Below, piece by piece: positions 1-8,390 of a stretch of 35,288 nt of DNA (positions are counted from its first letter, which is position 1; every line of letters begins with the position of its first letter). The DNA comes from a virus. A program made the position numbers and the translations under genes. The stretch lies in the UHGV virus genome UHGV-0246164; one strand, written 5' to 3'. The notes under the pieces were generated by a model that had not been told where the DNA came from, did no database searches, and saw nothing but the letters and a program-made list of their open reading frames with translations.

Positions 1-182
1 CCGATCCACAGACCGAGGATGTCGAGCTGCACACCGACCGCCGTATCGATATCGAAGGCTGTTACAAGCCCTGACATAGTGCTGGACACATCAATCAGCG
101 GGCGGGTGCTCAGATCTATATGGTCAAAAAAGAGTGGCTTGGTAGCATGGTAGTTAGTGATCAGTTCGGTGTATTTGCTCAT
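1..182 (-). CDS. Tail/baseplate protein, N-terminal part (ORF runs off the window start); possibly gpI/DUF2313-like
   Basis: Minus-strand ATG at 182-180 (MSKYTELITNYHATKPLFFDHIDL...), stop-free to position 1. ATGA overlap with the stop of the upstream baseplate J-like gene. Product inferred from position only. Confidence 0.45.
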   Translation of the reverse strand, partial: MSKYTELITNYHATKPLFFDHIDLSTRPLIDVSSTMSGLVTAFDIDTAVGVQLDILGLWI

Positions 183-1378
183 GAGGTCACCGTGATAGTG
201 ACGTGACTCGCAACGCATGACGCAGATTCGTCATAAGCAATATCGATATTTCCGCTTGCGACTGAGTCAGAGGATTTGCCGATGAGCAGCTCCTGAATGT
301 CGTAATAGCGAGCACTGCCTCCGCTTACCACGCCAAGGTTTGCCGGGGAATAAATACGACTCAGCAGAACGTCATCGCCAATTGCCAGGCCATTTATATA
401 ATCGGCAACAGCCTGTTTTATCTGCTCGCCGATTTGAGATGTATACCCGGTAAAAACTTTCAGGGTAATGGCTACGAAAATTGGCACATCGGTAGAGCGC
501 GAAAAACTGATGACGTGTGGATTACCGTAAGTATCCGGCACCGTGACAGAAGTTTTACCGTAAGTTGCGGTTCCCTGCCCTTTACTCCCCCGGATTGTTT
601 GGGCTATCTCGGTAACATCCCCTCCATCGACGATGGCGGAAATAGAGTGTGGCGGCAGCCCGTTGCTGTCGGTTGCCCCAGTGTCGTTCTCATATAGTTT
701 GTGACGTGTCACGCCAGCAACATTAGCGATAGCACCGTCGACACCTTCAAACGGTGTGATCGATGGTAGCGCGACGCTTTGCCCCTGCCGAATGCGCAGC
801 TCTGCGTCGGTTTCGGCTGGTGAACCGACAGTAGCCGCAACTGGATTGGTTACCGACACCCAACCTCGGGTCGGGGTGTTGATAGTGGTAATAGTCCCGG
901 CCAGCGCCGCAACCGAACCGCTATTCGCACATGTGGCCGTCACCAGCACAGTACCATCAACGCCGATCGCCACACTCGCTGGAAAATTCCAGATAATGCC
1001 GTTTTTATCCCGTGCGGAGCCATTCGTGATAGTCGTGCCTGCCGTACCGGTTAACAGAAGGTCAGCAGTAGATTTTGTCGCTACTTTTCGCGTGATCCCG
1101 TTAATTTTTACATTGTTGCTAAGCGCTGCGGCCTGCGCTGTCGTCGGTGAAAAAGAGTTGTAGATCCCGATAGCGGTGTTGTTAGCGTCATGCACGGCAA
1201 GAGCCACCAGCGCGACCATCTGCCCGTCTTTGCTGTCTGGTTCGAGGTAGGCATCACTACCGTAAATCTGCCTGAAATAGCTGGTCAGTGTATCTAGGAT
1301 TGTCTGGTAATCAGGCGCACTAATCCCCTGGGCGGTTACCGTTGCCGATAGCCCCAGCGTGTCGAGGTTCAAAGCCAT
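179..1378 (-). CDS. Baseplate J-like protein (P2 gpJ / Mu gp47 family)
   Basis: 399 aa ORF. Size, composition and position after a gpW-like gene fit the baseplate J family. Tightly packed with neighbours. Confidence 0.65.
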   Translation of the reverse strand: MALNLDTLGLSATVTAQGISAPDYQTILDTLTSYFRQIYGSDAYLEPDSKDGQMVALVALAVHDANNTAIGIYNSFSPTTAQAAALSNNVKINGITRKVATKSTADLLLTGTAGTTITNGSARDKNGIIWNFPASVAIGVDGTVLVTATCANSGSVAALAGTITTINTPTRGWVSVTNPVAATVGSPAETDAELRIRQGQSVALPSITPFEGVDGAIANVAGVTRHKLYENDTGATDSNGLPPHSISAIVDGGDVTEIAQTIRGSKGQGTATYGKTSVTVPDTYGNPHVISFSRSTDVPIFVAITLKVFTGYTSQIGEQIKQAVADYINGLAIGDDVLLSRIYSPANLGVVSGGSARYYDIQELLIGKSSDSVASGNIDIAYDESASCVASHVTITVTS

Positions 1379-1732
1379 TTATGCCTCGCTTGTTACAGTC
1401 GTCTGGCCGTAGATTGTGTCAATGGAGGAAGTGAAAGTGACGCGGCGGCTGGTGCCGTCATAATTGGTATCGAAGGAAAGAATCGACAGAACGCCCGGCG
1501 TGTCCTGAATGCGTTCGCGTATAGCCAGGATGTAGACGTCTGACCGCTGTTTCCCAAGCACTGACTGAACATACGGCGTGCCTTCCGTCAGATCGAGAAA
1601 CCACTGACCGCGCCACAGTTCGAAACGGGTTTTTACGGCCTGGGCGACACATTCCGGACTGTCGATAAGGAAGGTGTCATCACCCTGCCCGAAAGTGTAA
1701 TCGCCTTCAGTATCTTCGCGACGGTATCGCAT
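1379..1732 (-). CDS. Baseplate wedge protein, gpW / Mu gp46-like
   Basis: 117 aa ORF immediately between the spike-like and J-like genes, with 1-nt gene junctions. Assignment by size and synteny. Confidence 0.5.
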   Translation of the reverse strand: MRYRREDTEGDYTFGQGDDTFLIDSPECVAQAVKTRFELWRGQWFLDLTEGTPYVQSVLGKQRSDVYILAIRERIQDTPGVLSILSFDTNYDGTSRRVTFTSSIDTIYGQTTVTSEA

Positions 1733-2472
1733 TATTGCGGCCCTCCGGTAGTTCCCCCGCCAGTCTGTACTCCGCCATGTTTATGCGTGGCGACACTGAT
1801 ACCAGAAGCTGTTACGTCATTCGTTACCGTCACCGGCCCAAGCATCGTCGCAGTACCGCCGCTTTCGCCCATTCCCTGAGACAGATTGCCATTAATCGTT
1901 ACGTTGCCGTTCAGCGTGATAGTCGGGGATGTGATTGTCGTTCCACCTTCAGCCGTAGCCGTGAGCTGGCCCGGTGTTTGAACGGTGATGTTATGTCCTG
2001 CGGCAACCTCTACGAACGCCGCACCATCATCGGTTCGCAGCTGCGCGGCGCTGGTACTGATACCGCTGATTTTCTGTGCTTGCGACTGCGGGCCAACGAT
2101 GGCGAACGCATCAGATAAGTCATGCTGTCGCGGATCGACGGTCTCCTGAACGCCGCCGCTCTGCCACCAGAAATCGATGCAACGGTCGGCAAAGATCAGT
2201 AGGCACTCGTCGCCTTCTTTTACCGGAAAGGTCAGCGTGCAACCGCCGCCGCGCGGGAAGATAACCGGCACATCCACCAGCGGTTTTAATTCGGTAGAGC
2301 CATCGCCAACAATACCGCGAAGCGCTACCTCTACTGTGCAGGTAACAGTGTCAGGATCGAACGACTGAATGATGCCTGGCATCGCTACGCGCATCTGGGT
2401 AGACACCGAATCGGCTATGGCCTGCGCGGTCTGCTGCTCGCCGCCGATCTGTGATTGAGTTGGAATTGGCAT
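1732..2472 (-). CDS. Baseplate central spike protein (gpV / Mu gp45-like) with Gly/Thr-rich C-terminus
   Basis: 246 aa ORF with a Gly/Thr-rich tail (...TGGGTTGGPQ). GGAG Shine-Dalgarno 7 nt upstream of ATG at 2472. Position in the baseplate cluster. Confidence 0.5.
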   Translation of the reverse strand: MPIPTQSQIGGEQQTAQAIADSVSTQMRVAMPGIIQSFDPDTVTCTVEVALRGIVGDGSTELKPLVDVPVIFPRGGGCTLTFPVKEGDECLLIFADRCIDFWWQSGGVQETVDPRQHDLSDAFAIVGPQSQAQKISGISTSAAQLRTDDGAAFVEVAAGHNITVQTPGQLTATAEGGTTITSPTITLNGNVTINGNLSQGMGESGGTATMLGPVTVTNDVTASGISVATHKHGGVQTGGGTTGGPQ

Positions 2473-2483
2473 AAAAACTCCAT

Positions 2484-2508
2484 AAAAAAACCCGCTCGGC
2501 GGCGGGTT
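2484..2508 (-). terminator. Intrinsic terminator closing the Phd-like/Doc moron
   Basis: On the minus strand: AACCCGC-cgccga-GCGGGTT followed by TTTTTTTATGGAGTTTTTAT. Lies between the doc stop (2531) and the spike gene start (2472). Confidence 0.6.
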
Positions 2509-2530
2509 GTGTACAATTTACTTTTTGCTA

Positions 2531-2938
2531 TCAGTAGCCAGTTATCGTATCTGCCAGCAGCTCATTCTTATAATCTGACAAAAGTTTAAGCGCCAAAGCA
2601 GTGTTATCGCAGTCGGCCTCTCCCGTAGCAGCAAAGATGGTCAGCTTGACTAACTCCATTGAGGTATTCAGTTCATAGCCATTCAAAAGCAAAAACACGC
2701 TGGCGGCCTGGAAAGCCGTTCGCTTATTGGCGTCATTAAAAGCGTGAGACTTCGCTATCGCAACCATGTACATAGCTGCAAATTTAAATAAATCCTCACA
2801 TCCTTCATACATGCGTAAGTTATCGACGCGATTGAGGGCACCTTCGAGTTTTCCCCGGTCTGGTTGTCCGCTATTTGGCAATGTGCTCTTCTGAATAGCG
2901 ATGACCTCATCTACCGAAAGGAATGTAATCTCAGTCAT
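2531..2938 (-). CDS. doc: Doc (death-on-curing) family toxin, Fic/Doc fold
   Basis: 135 aa ORF containing the Doc signature H-x-F-x-D-A-N-K-R (HAFNDANKRTAF). TAATG one-nucleotide overlap with the upstream antitoxin-like ORF. Confidence 0.8.
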   Translation of the reverse strand: MTEITFLSVDEVIAIQKSTLPNSGQPDRGKLEGALNRVDNLRMYEGCEDLFKFAAMYMVAIAKSHAFNDANKRTAFQAASVFLLLNGYELNTSMELVKLTIFAATGEADCDNTALALKLLSDYKNELLADTITGY

Positions 2939-3351
2939 TACTTATCTTCCAGTTTTTTTATGATGTCCGCATGCTTGGTCTGAGTATGTTGCAGAGCTTT
3001 GATAAATGACTCAGACACGCCCTGCAAAGCAACTGCTGCATTAGTGGCCTTCATCATAGTCTGGCGAGCCTCATCAGACTGAAGAAGGGCATCCAATTGC
3101 TTAGTAAGCTTCATGACACCCTCCGTTATCTGTGGTGACAAATTCGATGCAATTAATTGCGCAAGATGCGTGTCTATTGTTTTCGCAGATGTTTTTACCT
3201 CATCTGCGGAAGCGATTTCATCAACTGATTTTGCACTGATGACAAGGTCGGGCTTTCCGCGCTGCGTAACTGTGACGCTTTCACCAGAGCGTAAACAGTC
3301 CAGCGTTGCAGATAAATCCGATCGCATTTGCGTGTAAGTAATGATTTTCAT
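2938..3351 (-). CDS. Phd/YefM-like antitoxin with a long C-terminal extension
   Basis: N-terminus MKIITYTQMRSDLSATL...VTQRGKPDLVISA resembles the Phd/YefM fold. Preferred start is ATG at 3351 with a GAGGG Shine-Dalgarno (the track ORF begins at 3369). About 137 aa against roughly 73 for canonical Phd. Confidence 0.6.
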   Translation of the reverse strand: MKIITYTQMRSDLSATLDCLRSGESVTVTQRGKPDLVISAKSVDEIASADEVKTSAKTIDTHLAQLIASNLSPQITEGVMKLTKQLDALLQSDEARQTMMKATNAAVALQGVSESFIKALQHTQTKHADIIKKLEDK

Positions 3352-3362
3352 GGCACCCTCTC

Positions 3363-3374
3363 TGTACATGTACA
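3363..3374 (-). promoter_or_regulatory. Perfect 12-bp palindrome TGTACATGTACA upstream of the Phd-like start; candidate autoregulatory operator
   Basis: Palindrome read directly from the sequence, about 12 nt upstream of ATG 3351 in an AT-rich stretch. Phd-type antitoxins are known to bind palindromic operators. Confidence 0.4.
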
Positions 3375-3433
3375 GATTAGTGCATAATAAAAACGCGAGA
3401 TCAACGATTATTGATGTTTAAGGATGCGGATCA

Positions 3434-3784
3434 TCATTTCACCTTCACGCAGTCGTATGTTGCATACTGACGCGGCGCATCCATGCTGGCTTGCAACCAC
3501 TGTGCGTTGAGAATGGCTTTGCCGTTGCGCTTGATGTACTCAAGCCCAACCCAGCGGCCGGGTTGGTCGGTTGCAACCATCCATTCTGCTTTCATGTTTT
3601 GGTAGTCATCTTTAGACTTGAGAAAAGACATTTTTTGCGTTTCAGGTTTTACCCCGTTAATAAGCATTAGTCCTTCTTTGCCCGCAGTGAGGCGATACGG
3701 CCCGCACTGAGTATCAGCTAAGGCCTCTGACGTGCCGACAACTGATAAAAGAACACCACAAATTAGAAGTTTGGCCTTACCCAT
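3434..3784 (-). CDS. Small secreted (periplasmic) protein of unknown function
   Basis: 116 aa ORF with an N-terminal signal peptide (MGKAKLLICGVLLSVVGTSEALA then DTQCG) and a second Cys near the C-terminus. Overlaps the hub gene stop by 22 nt. Looks lower in GC than the flanks by eye. Confidence 0.55.
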   Translation of the reverse strand: MGKAKLLICGVLLSVVGTSEALADTQCGPYRLTAGKEGLMLINGVKPETQKMSFLKSKDDYQNMKAEWMVATDQPGRWVGLEYIKRNGKAILNAQWLQASMDAPRQYATYDCVKVK

Positions 3785-4851
3785 CTTATACCTGCCATTT
3801 TTTTAAGCGTGTCCTGACTAACCATGTCACGAGCACCACGCGCAAAACACATCAAATCCATGTACCACGCCTGACCTCTGGTGTCGCCAGTATAGTCGAT
3901 AGCTTTGACGATATAAACGCCATCTGTCGCAATGCTGGCAGCCTGTGACGTTGTGCCGGTCAGTACGCGGTTGCCGTTCTCTTCCGTTTCAGTGATACGC
4001 CCGGGCGACTGTGCGATTTCGCTATTGCCGAGCGCGGCGCGGTACACCGAAGCCTGATCGAGCTGGATAAGACCATTAATGCGGATGTTTGGGTTTATCA
4101 GGCACCGCACGTTTACGCCGCCGCCCATTGTCTGTTGCGGCATACCGATCAGGCCAGTATTGGCATTCAACACAATGGCTTCGTGAATATATTTATCCTC
4201 CGGCACCATCTGGACCTGACCATCCACCAGTTGCCATGTCGCTTTGCACTGCGCAGCAATATTATCCATCACGTTGCGGCTGGATGAGTAAATCGCGCGG
4301 CCACGAGGAAACACGGTATCAGGAAAATCGCCGGTAATGCCCTGTGTCACGCCGAACGCGTTGAAATCCTGCATCGTCGCCCGGTGCAGATCCGCAACGG
4401 TATAGCCAGCGGCAAGCGTGGTGATGGTGGTCGCATAGAGGAACGCTTCGTGATCACCAATGGCCTGAATCAACACCCAGGAATCCGTAATGTTGTCCTT
4501 CCCGGTGACGGTGAAGCGAATATCACCGTCAAAAATCAGGCCGTAGTTCTGACCGTTCACCTGCCCTATCTGGTCTGGTGAAATCTCCCGGGACACACCA
4601 ACCTGGCTCGCATCAACATCCGGCGCTATACCGTCATACCCGGCAATGATGCGAATTTTGGCAAACTCCTGCCCAAGTATCTTGTTCGTGGTATCGGTCG
4701 AAAGGTTGTAAATTTTCACGTTCGCCACGCGCGGCCAGCTTGTGTCTGCCCACTCGATCTGGAACGTGACCTTAAAATCAGACAGGGAAACGCCCTGCCC
4801 GTTCTGGTCCAACAGTTGCAGCTCAAAATGGCGCATCCAGTTAAGAGACAT
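3763..4851 (-). CDS. Baseplate hub protein (P2 gpD / Mu gp44-like)
   Basis: 362 aa ORF downstream of the tape measure and two small tail genes. Assignment by synteny in a myovirus-type tail module. Confidence 0.5.
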   Translation of the reverse strand: MSLNWMRHFELQLLDQNGQGVSLSDFKVTFQIEWADTSWPRVANVKIYNLSTDTTNKILGQEFAKIRIIAGYDGIAPDVDASQVGVSREISPDQIGQVNGQNYGLIFDGDIRFTVTGKDNITDSWVLIQAIGDHEAFLYATTITTLAAGYTVADLHRATMQDFNAFGVTQGITGDFPDTVFPRGRAIYSSSRNVMDNIAAQCKATWQLVDGQVQMVPEDKYIHEAIVLNANTGLIGMPQQTMGGGVNVRCLINPNIRINGLIQLDQASVYRAALGNSEIAQSPGRITETEENGNRVLTGTTSQAASIATDGVYIVKAIDYTGDTRGQAWYMDLMCFARGARDMVSQDTLKKMAGIRWVRPNF

Positions 4852-4853
4852 TT

Positions 4854-5159
4854 CTACTCCTGTACGAAAATGAGGTGGCTGTATGTGCCGAGGTTGGTTT
4901 TGGTGGGCTCGTCCGGTGCGCCTACATCGCAGCCAACGAGCAGCGCCCCGTTAATACCTAGTTGAGGATATTGCTCAAGAAGATTTACACCGGTTACCAG
5001 CGGCACGCCAGAAAGAAGCGGTTCGCCACTGCTATCTTGTACATCCAGAATCCAGCCAGCAGAATCACGCCAAATGACTCTCAGCGTGTATGTTGTCTCT
5101 GCTAACTGAATGCGAAATAGCTGGTTATCCGGCGATAAAGGGATTTCAGTTACATTCAT
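4854..5159 (-). CDS. Tail/baseplate assembly protein (putative)
   Basis: 101 aa ORF packed between the tail genes, ending 3 nt before the hub start. Confidence 0.4.
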   Translation of the reverse strand: MNVTEIPLSPDNQLFRIQLAETTYTLRVIWRDSAGWILDVQDSSGEPLLSGVPLVTGVNLLEQYPQLGINGALLVGCDVGAPDEPTKTNLGTYSHLIFVQE

Positions 5160-5193
5160 TGGATACCTATAGAGTTACCAAGACTGGTTCCTT

Positions 5194-5781
5194 TTAGTCC
5201 ATCAAACCACTTGTTGACTTAATTACCGATTCATTTACTGGGGTGGTGGATTTAGTCCCGGAATTCTGCACCGCAGATGTACTAACCCCGTCCTGCATAT
5301 CGGATTTATCAGCAACGGTGACATTTTTTGTATGCGTTATGATGACTTCACGCAGGGTAAGCGTGCAGTTCAGCACGTTCTCGCTGGTTTTATCGGTCGT
5401 CACCTCAATGGCTCGCACCAGCATATTGGTGTACACCCTCTTCCCGGTAACCACATCGAACGGTACGCGCTCAAGCTGCATATCCAGCAGCTTTTGGTAT
5501 GTCTCCTTTGGGCTAAGCCCAGCGCTAAGACCGATTGAAGATGTATCAATGAAATCCAGCAACGAACCGCCACCAGCGAAGCCGCATTCCATTGTGACTT
5601 CGCTGGGACGCTTATACGCATGATCGGCGATGAAACCCGACGCGCTATTCGTTGTTGGTTTTTCCACCGGGTGCTCAGTAATTTCGAGCGCATCAGAATG
5701 CTTTTCAGAAACAACCACGCTGGGAATTAATATGCCAATTCGCCGGGATTGCCGGCGAAAAATAGCGGAGAGAATATCCAT
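5194..5781 (-). CDS. Tail protein (putative; Mu gp43 position)
   Basis: 195 aa ORF whose start overlaps the tape measure stop (TAATG). Confidence 0.4.
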   Translation of the reverse strand: MDILSAIFRRQSRRIGILIPSVVVSEKHSDALEITEHPVEKPTTNSASGFIADHAYKRPSEVTMECGFAGGGSLLDFIDTSSIGLSAGLSPKETYQKLLDMQLERVPFDVVTGKRVYTNMLVRAIEVTTDKTSENVLNCTLTLREVIITHTKNVTVADKSDMQDGVSTSAVQNSGTKSTTPVNESVIKSTSGLMD

Positions 5782-7784
5782 TAGCTCGGCACCGTTCGAA
5801 GTTGTTGAGTTAGTTGTGAATTAACGTTCTTCTGCCGCTCAACTGTGATATTGGCAGCCTCACGTGGATCAGATACACCGTGAATATTAATAACCGTTTC
5901 TTGCTGTATGTTTTGTGAAGCACCGCCACCAGCGGCCATACGAACCAATTCACTTGGGTAAGGGTTTCTCCCGTTCTCATGATGGATAATTCCATTCATC
6001 AGAGAGGACATTACCTGCGGATCTTTAAGGTTGAGAATGGCATCAGGAGCCACACCCATCATTTTCGATAACTGAGCAATGTAAGCACCGGTATTATTTT
6101 CATTCCCCGGTGCCCACGTAGAGATTATATCGTTAAGGGTTTGCAGCGGCTTGCCTGTCGTCTTACCTTCAAAGTAGCGCATTAATTGTCGGGAAAGCGC
6201 TTTCAGGCCATCATAGGCAGTTTCAAACCGGGCGAACCTGCCGCCAGGCCTTTCGAGCGTCGCCCCAGATTGCCCACGAAAGTCGATATTACCGGGGTTA
6301 TTATTTCTAATACCTCGTGGAGCTTTAGCAGACTGGGCATGTTGGTCAGGCTCATCATCACCGAACCAGCCGCGCACCGTTCGGCCCACGCTGCGAGGAT
6401 CGAATCCCCAGTGCTCTTTAATCCAGTCGGCGGTACCGTTGGCGCTGTCTGTTACCATCGGCATCGCTGACGGATTTTCGCTGCCCTGATTAAGCATCTG
6501 TTTGCCGATGCTGGCGGCATCAGCCCAGCGGCCATCTTTAATGGCGTTGAGCAGGTCGGCGATCATGTTCAGCATTTTGCTGAACTCACCCATCTGGTCA
6601 ATGAAGTTGCTAAAATCCCACTTTAGGGACCATGACTTGGGGTCAATACCGAGCAACTTAGCCAGCGCTTTTGTCAGGTCCGTAACAGTCTTTTTCAGGT
6701 CACCAATCATTTTGACGGCCTGATCAATTTCAGTCTTCCATTTCCCCCAGTCAATCAGGCTTTTGCCACCTTCTTTCCACGTCTGGTAATCATCCAAGAG
6801 CAGACCAAGTGCAATAATAAGCGTCGTTATCATGCCCAAGGGTGATGACATGAAAGCGGTATTTAGCAGCCGCCATGCAACCAACAGCCCACTGAACAAT
6901 GCGATAAGCTGCTGCGTGGCTGGGTTCAGCTTTTTGAACCAGGCGATCACACCCTCAACAGCTTGCCCAGTTCGCCATAACACGCGGGTAATCGCGTCAC
7001 CTGCCCAGAGAATTCCTTTGATGATCTTCGTGATGACCGCTTCAATCTTCGGCCAGTTGTCGAGTATCTGCCTGCGGAAGTTATCAATACTGCCAGCAAG
7101 GCCACCAGCTAGGTTAGAGCCAATCTTGTCTTTCGCCTGTCCAAGCGTCATCGTCAGATTACGCATGGAGGTCATGAAAATATTGGACTGTTTAGCCGCT
7201 GACTCAGCATTAAAACCAATACGCTTTGCCGTCAACGCGTACTCAGAACTGAGCTGCCCCATCCCTCTGCGCATCGCCATCAGCGTGTTTTCATCGATGC
7301 CGAGCATCTGCGCGTATTGTTTCGCGCGGTAATACGGCATGTTGTTGAGCTTTTGCCCAACGCCAGTAAAGATGGCCGCAGTATCACGCATCTTTCCGCT
7401 GGCATCGCGAGTCTGTACGCCCAGACGGTTCAGGAACCCTTCCGCCCCCGGATTGCTACGCATGAAGCCAGCCAGCCCTTCTAGGGAAGACATAGCCGAC
7501 TCAGCGCTGGCACCGGTTTGCGATGCGGCATAGCCCAGCGCTTTGATGCCCTGGACGCTGGCCCCCGTCCGCTGGGATGCCCAGTAAATTTTATCCAGAC
7601 CATTCGCAATCTGGGTGGTAAATCCGACAATGCTCAGCGCTGCGCCTTCCACCACCGCGCCGACCTTCAGAACGTTCGCGGTAACGCCTTTCAGCACAGC
7701 TTCGAACTTATTAGCGCCAGCCTGATCGATATCGAACCCCAGCGAAACAAGGAAGTCTTTAATCGTATCTGCGTTACCGCTCAT
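5781..7784 (-). CDS. Tail tape measure protein
   Basis: 667 aa ORF with Ala/Gly-rich helical composition and a hydrophobic central segment. Sits directly downstream of the frameshifted chaperone pair. Confidence 0.7.
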   Translation of the reverse strand: MSGNADTIKDFLVSLGFDIDQAGANKFEAVLKGVTANVLKVGAVVEGAALSIVGFTTQIANGLDKIYWASQRTGASVQGIKALGYAASQTGASAESAMSSLEGLAGFMRSNPGAEGFLNRLGVQTRDASGKMRDTAAIFTGVGQKLNNMPYYRAKQYAQMLGIDENTLMAMRRGMGQLSSEYALTAKRIGFNAESAAKQSNIFMTSMRNLTMTLGQAKDKIGSNLAGGLAGSIDNFRRQILDNWPKIEAVITKIIKGILWAGDAITRVLWRTGQAVEGVIAWFKKLNPATQQLIALFSGLLVAWRLLNTAFMSSPLGMITTLIIALGLLLDDYQTWKEGGKSLIDWGKWKTEIDQAVKMIGDLKKTVTDLTKALAKLLGIDPKSWSLKWDFSNFIDQMGEFSKMLNMIADLLNAIKDGRWADAASIGKQMLNQGSENPSAMPMVTDSANGTADWIKEHWGFDPRSVGRTVRGWFGDDEPDQHAQSAKAPRGIRNNNPGNIDFRGQSGATLERPGGRFARFETAYDGLKALSRQLMRYFEGKTTGKPLQTLNDIISTWAPGNENNTGAYIAQLSKMMGVAPDAILNLKDPQVMSSLMNGIIHHENGRNPYPSELVRMAAGGGASQNIQQETVINIHGVSDPREAANITVERQKNVNSQLTQQLRTVPS

Positions 7785-8387
7785 TGGCCGCTCTCCATTT
7801 ATCTACCCGGGCGTCGTTATCCTCGCGCATGTCGAGGTAGTCATTGAGAAGCGCGATGCGGCAAAGGTCTACCGCACCGCTGTTAAGGTCTTTCTGGTCA
7901 ATATGGAAGGCAATCGCCGGACGAAGAATAAAATCTTCACCGCCCGGCAGGCTGTTGAAGGTTATTCCGCTGGCGGGGTGGGCGTCTCGCTGGTAGGGAG
8001 TCCTTGCAAAAAATTTCCCAGCGAGTCGGCGACCACCCGCGCCACCAGTTGCAGCATGGTCAGCAGGTCGATATCGTCAAACGCCATTTCGCCATGCTGG
8101 CATACCGGCACCCAGCCTTTCATGTGCTCGCGTGAAACAACGGAAAGGCAGGGGAACAGGATAGCGTCCACATCGCCATCACTCAGATCGGACACAGCAT
8201 TAGCAATTTTGGGCAGGATAGTAGCCATCGCGCCTTCGGTGTCTTTGCTGCTGATCTTCTCCTGAACGCTCCGGAAGTCAGAAACCATCCCGGCCAGCAC
8301 CGGCAACAGCTTTCGGGACACCTTCAGCTGTTCGAAAACGCTGAGCTTTGCAGTGCGATATTTCACGCCTTTAATTTCGAATTCCAT
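7774..8387 (-). CDS. Tail assembly chaperone, -1 frameshift-extended form (G-T-like)
   Basis: From the heptamer at 8013-8007 the -1 frame is open for about 78 codons (...HPASGITFNSLPGGEDF...VDKWRAANER). It stops at TAA 7776-7774, overlapping the tape measure start. Confidence 0.5.
7962..8387 (-). CDS. Tail assembly chaperone (short form, G-like)
   Basis: 141 aa ORF between the tube and tape measure genes. Contains the slippery heptamer T-TTT-TTG (8013-8007) about 45 nt before its stop. Confidence 0.6.
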   Translation of the reverse strand: MEFEIKGVKYRTAKLSVFEQLKVSRKLLPVLAGMVSDFRSVQEKISSKDTEGAMATILPKIANAVSDLSDGDVDAILFPCLSVVSREHMKGWVPVCQHGEMAFDDIDLLTMLQLVARVVADSLGNFLQGLPTSETPTPPAE

Positions 8388-8390
8388 GCG

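Noticed and set aside
434-1163. Plus-strand ORFs (434-697, 756-1163) inside the baseplate J-like gene, and similar antisense ORFs across the late region (for example 16088-16903, 17671-18573, 8962-9420)
   Set aside because: They lie entirely antisense to long, well-supported minus-strand structural genes, have no ribosome-binding sites, and have Arg/Ser/Pro-rich composition typical of shadow frames in GC-rich coding DNA.
3370-3433. Near-palindrome ATCAATAATCGTTGAT as a terminator after the secreted-protein gene
   Set aside because: The arms are only 5 bp with mismatches and there is no convincing T-run, so it is more likely part of the AT-rich promoter region of the Phd-like/Doc pair.
5243-5824. 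Several overlapping ORFs on both strands around the 195 aa tail gene (5243-5623 plus, 5400-5714 minus, 5630-5824 plus)
   Set aside because: They are mutually exclusive with the minus-strand ORF that is translationally coupled to the tape measure gene, and they lack start-site context.
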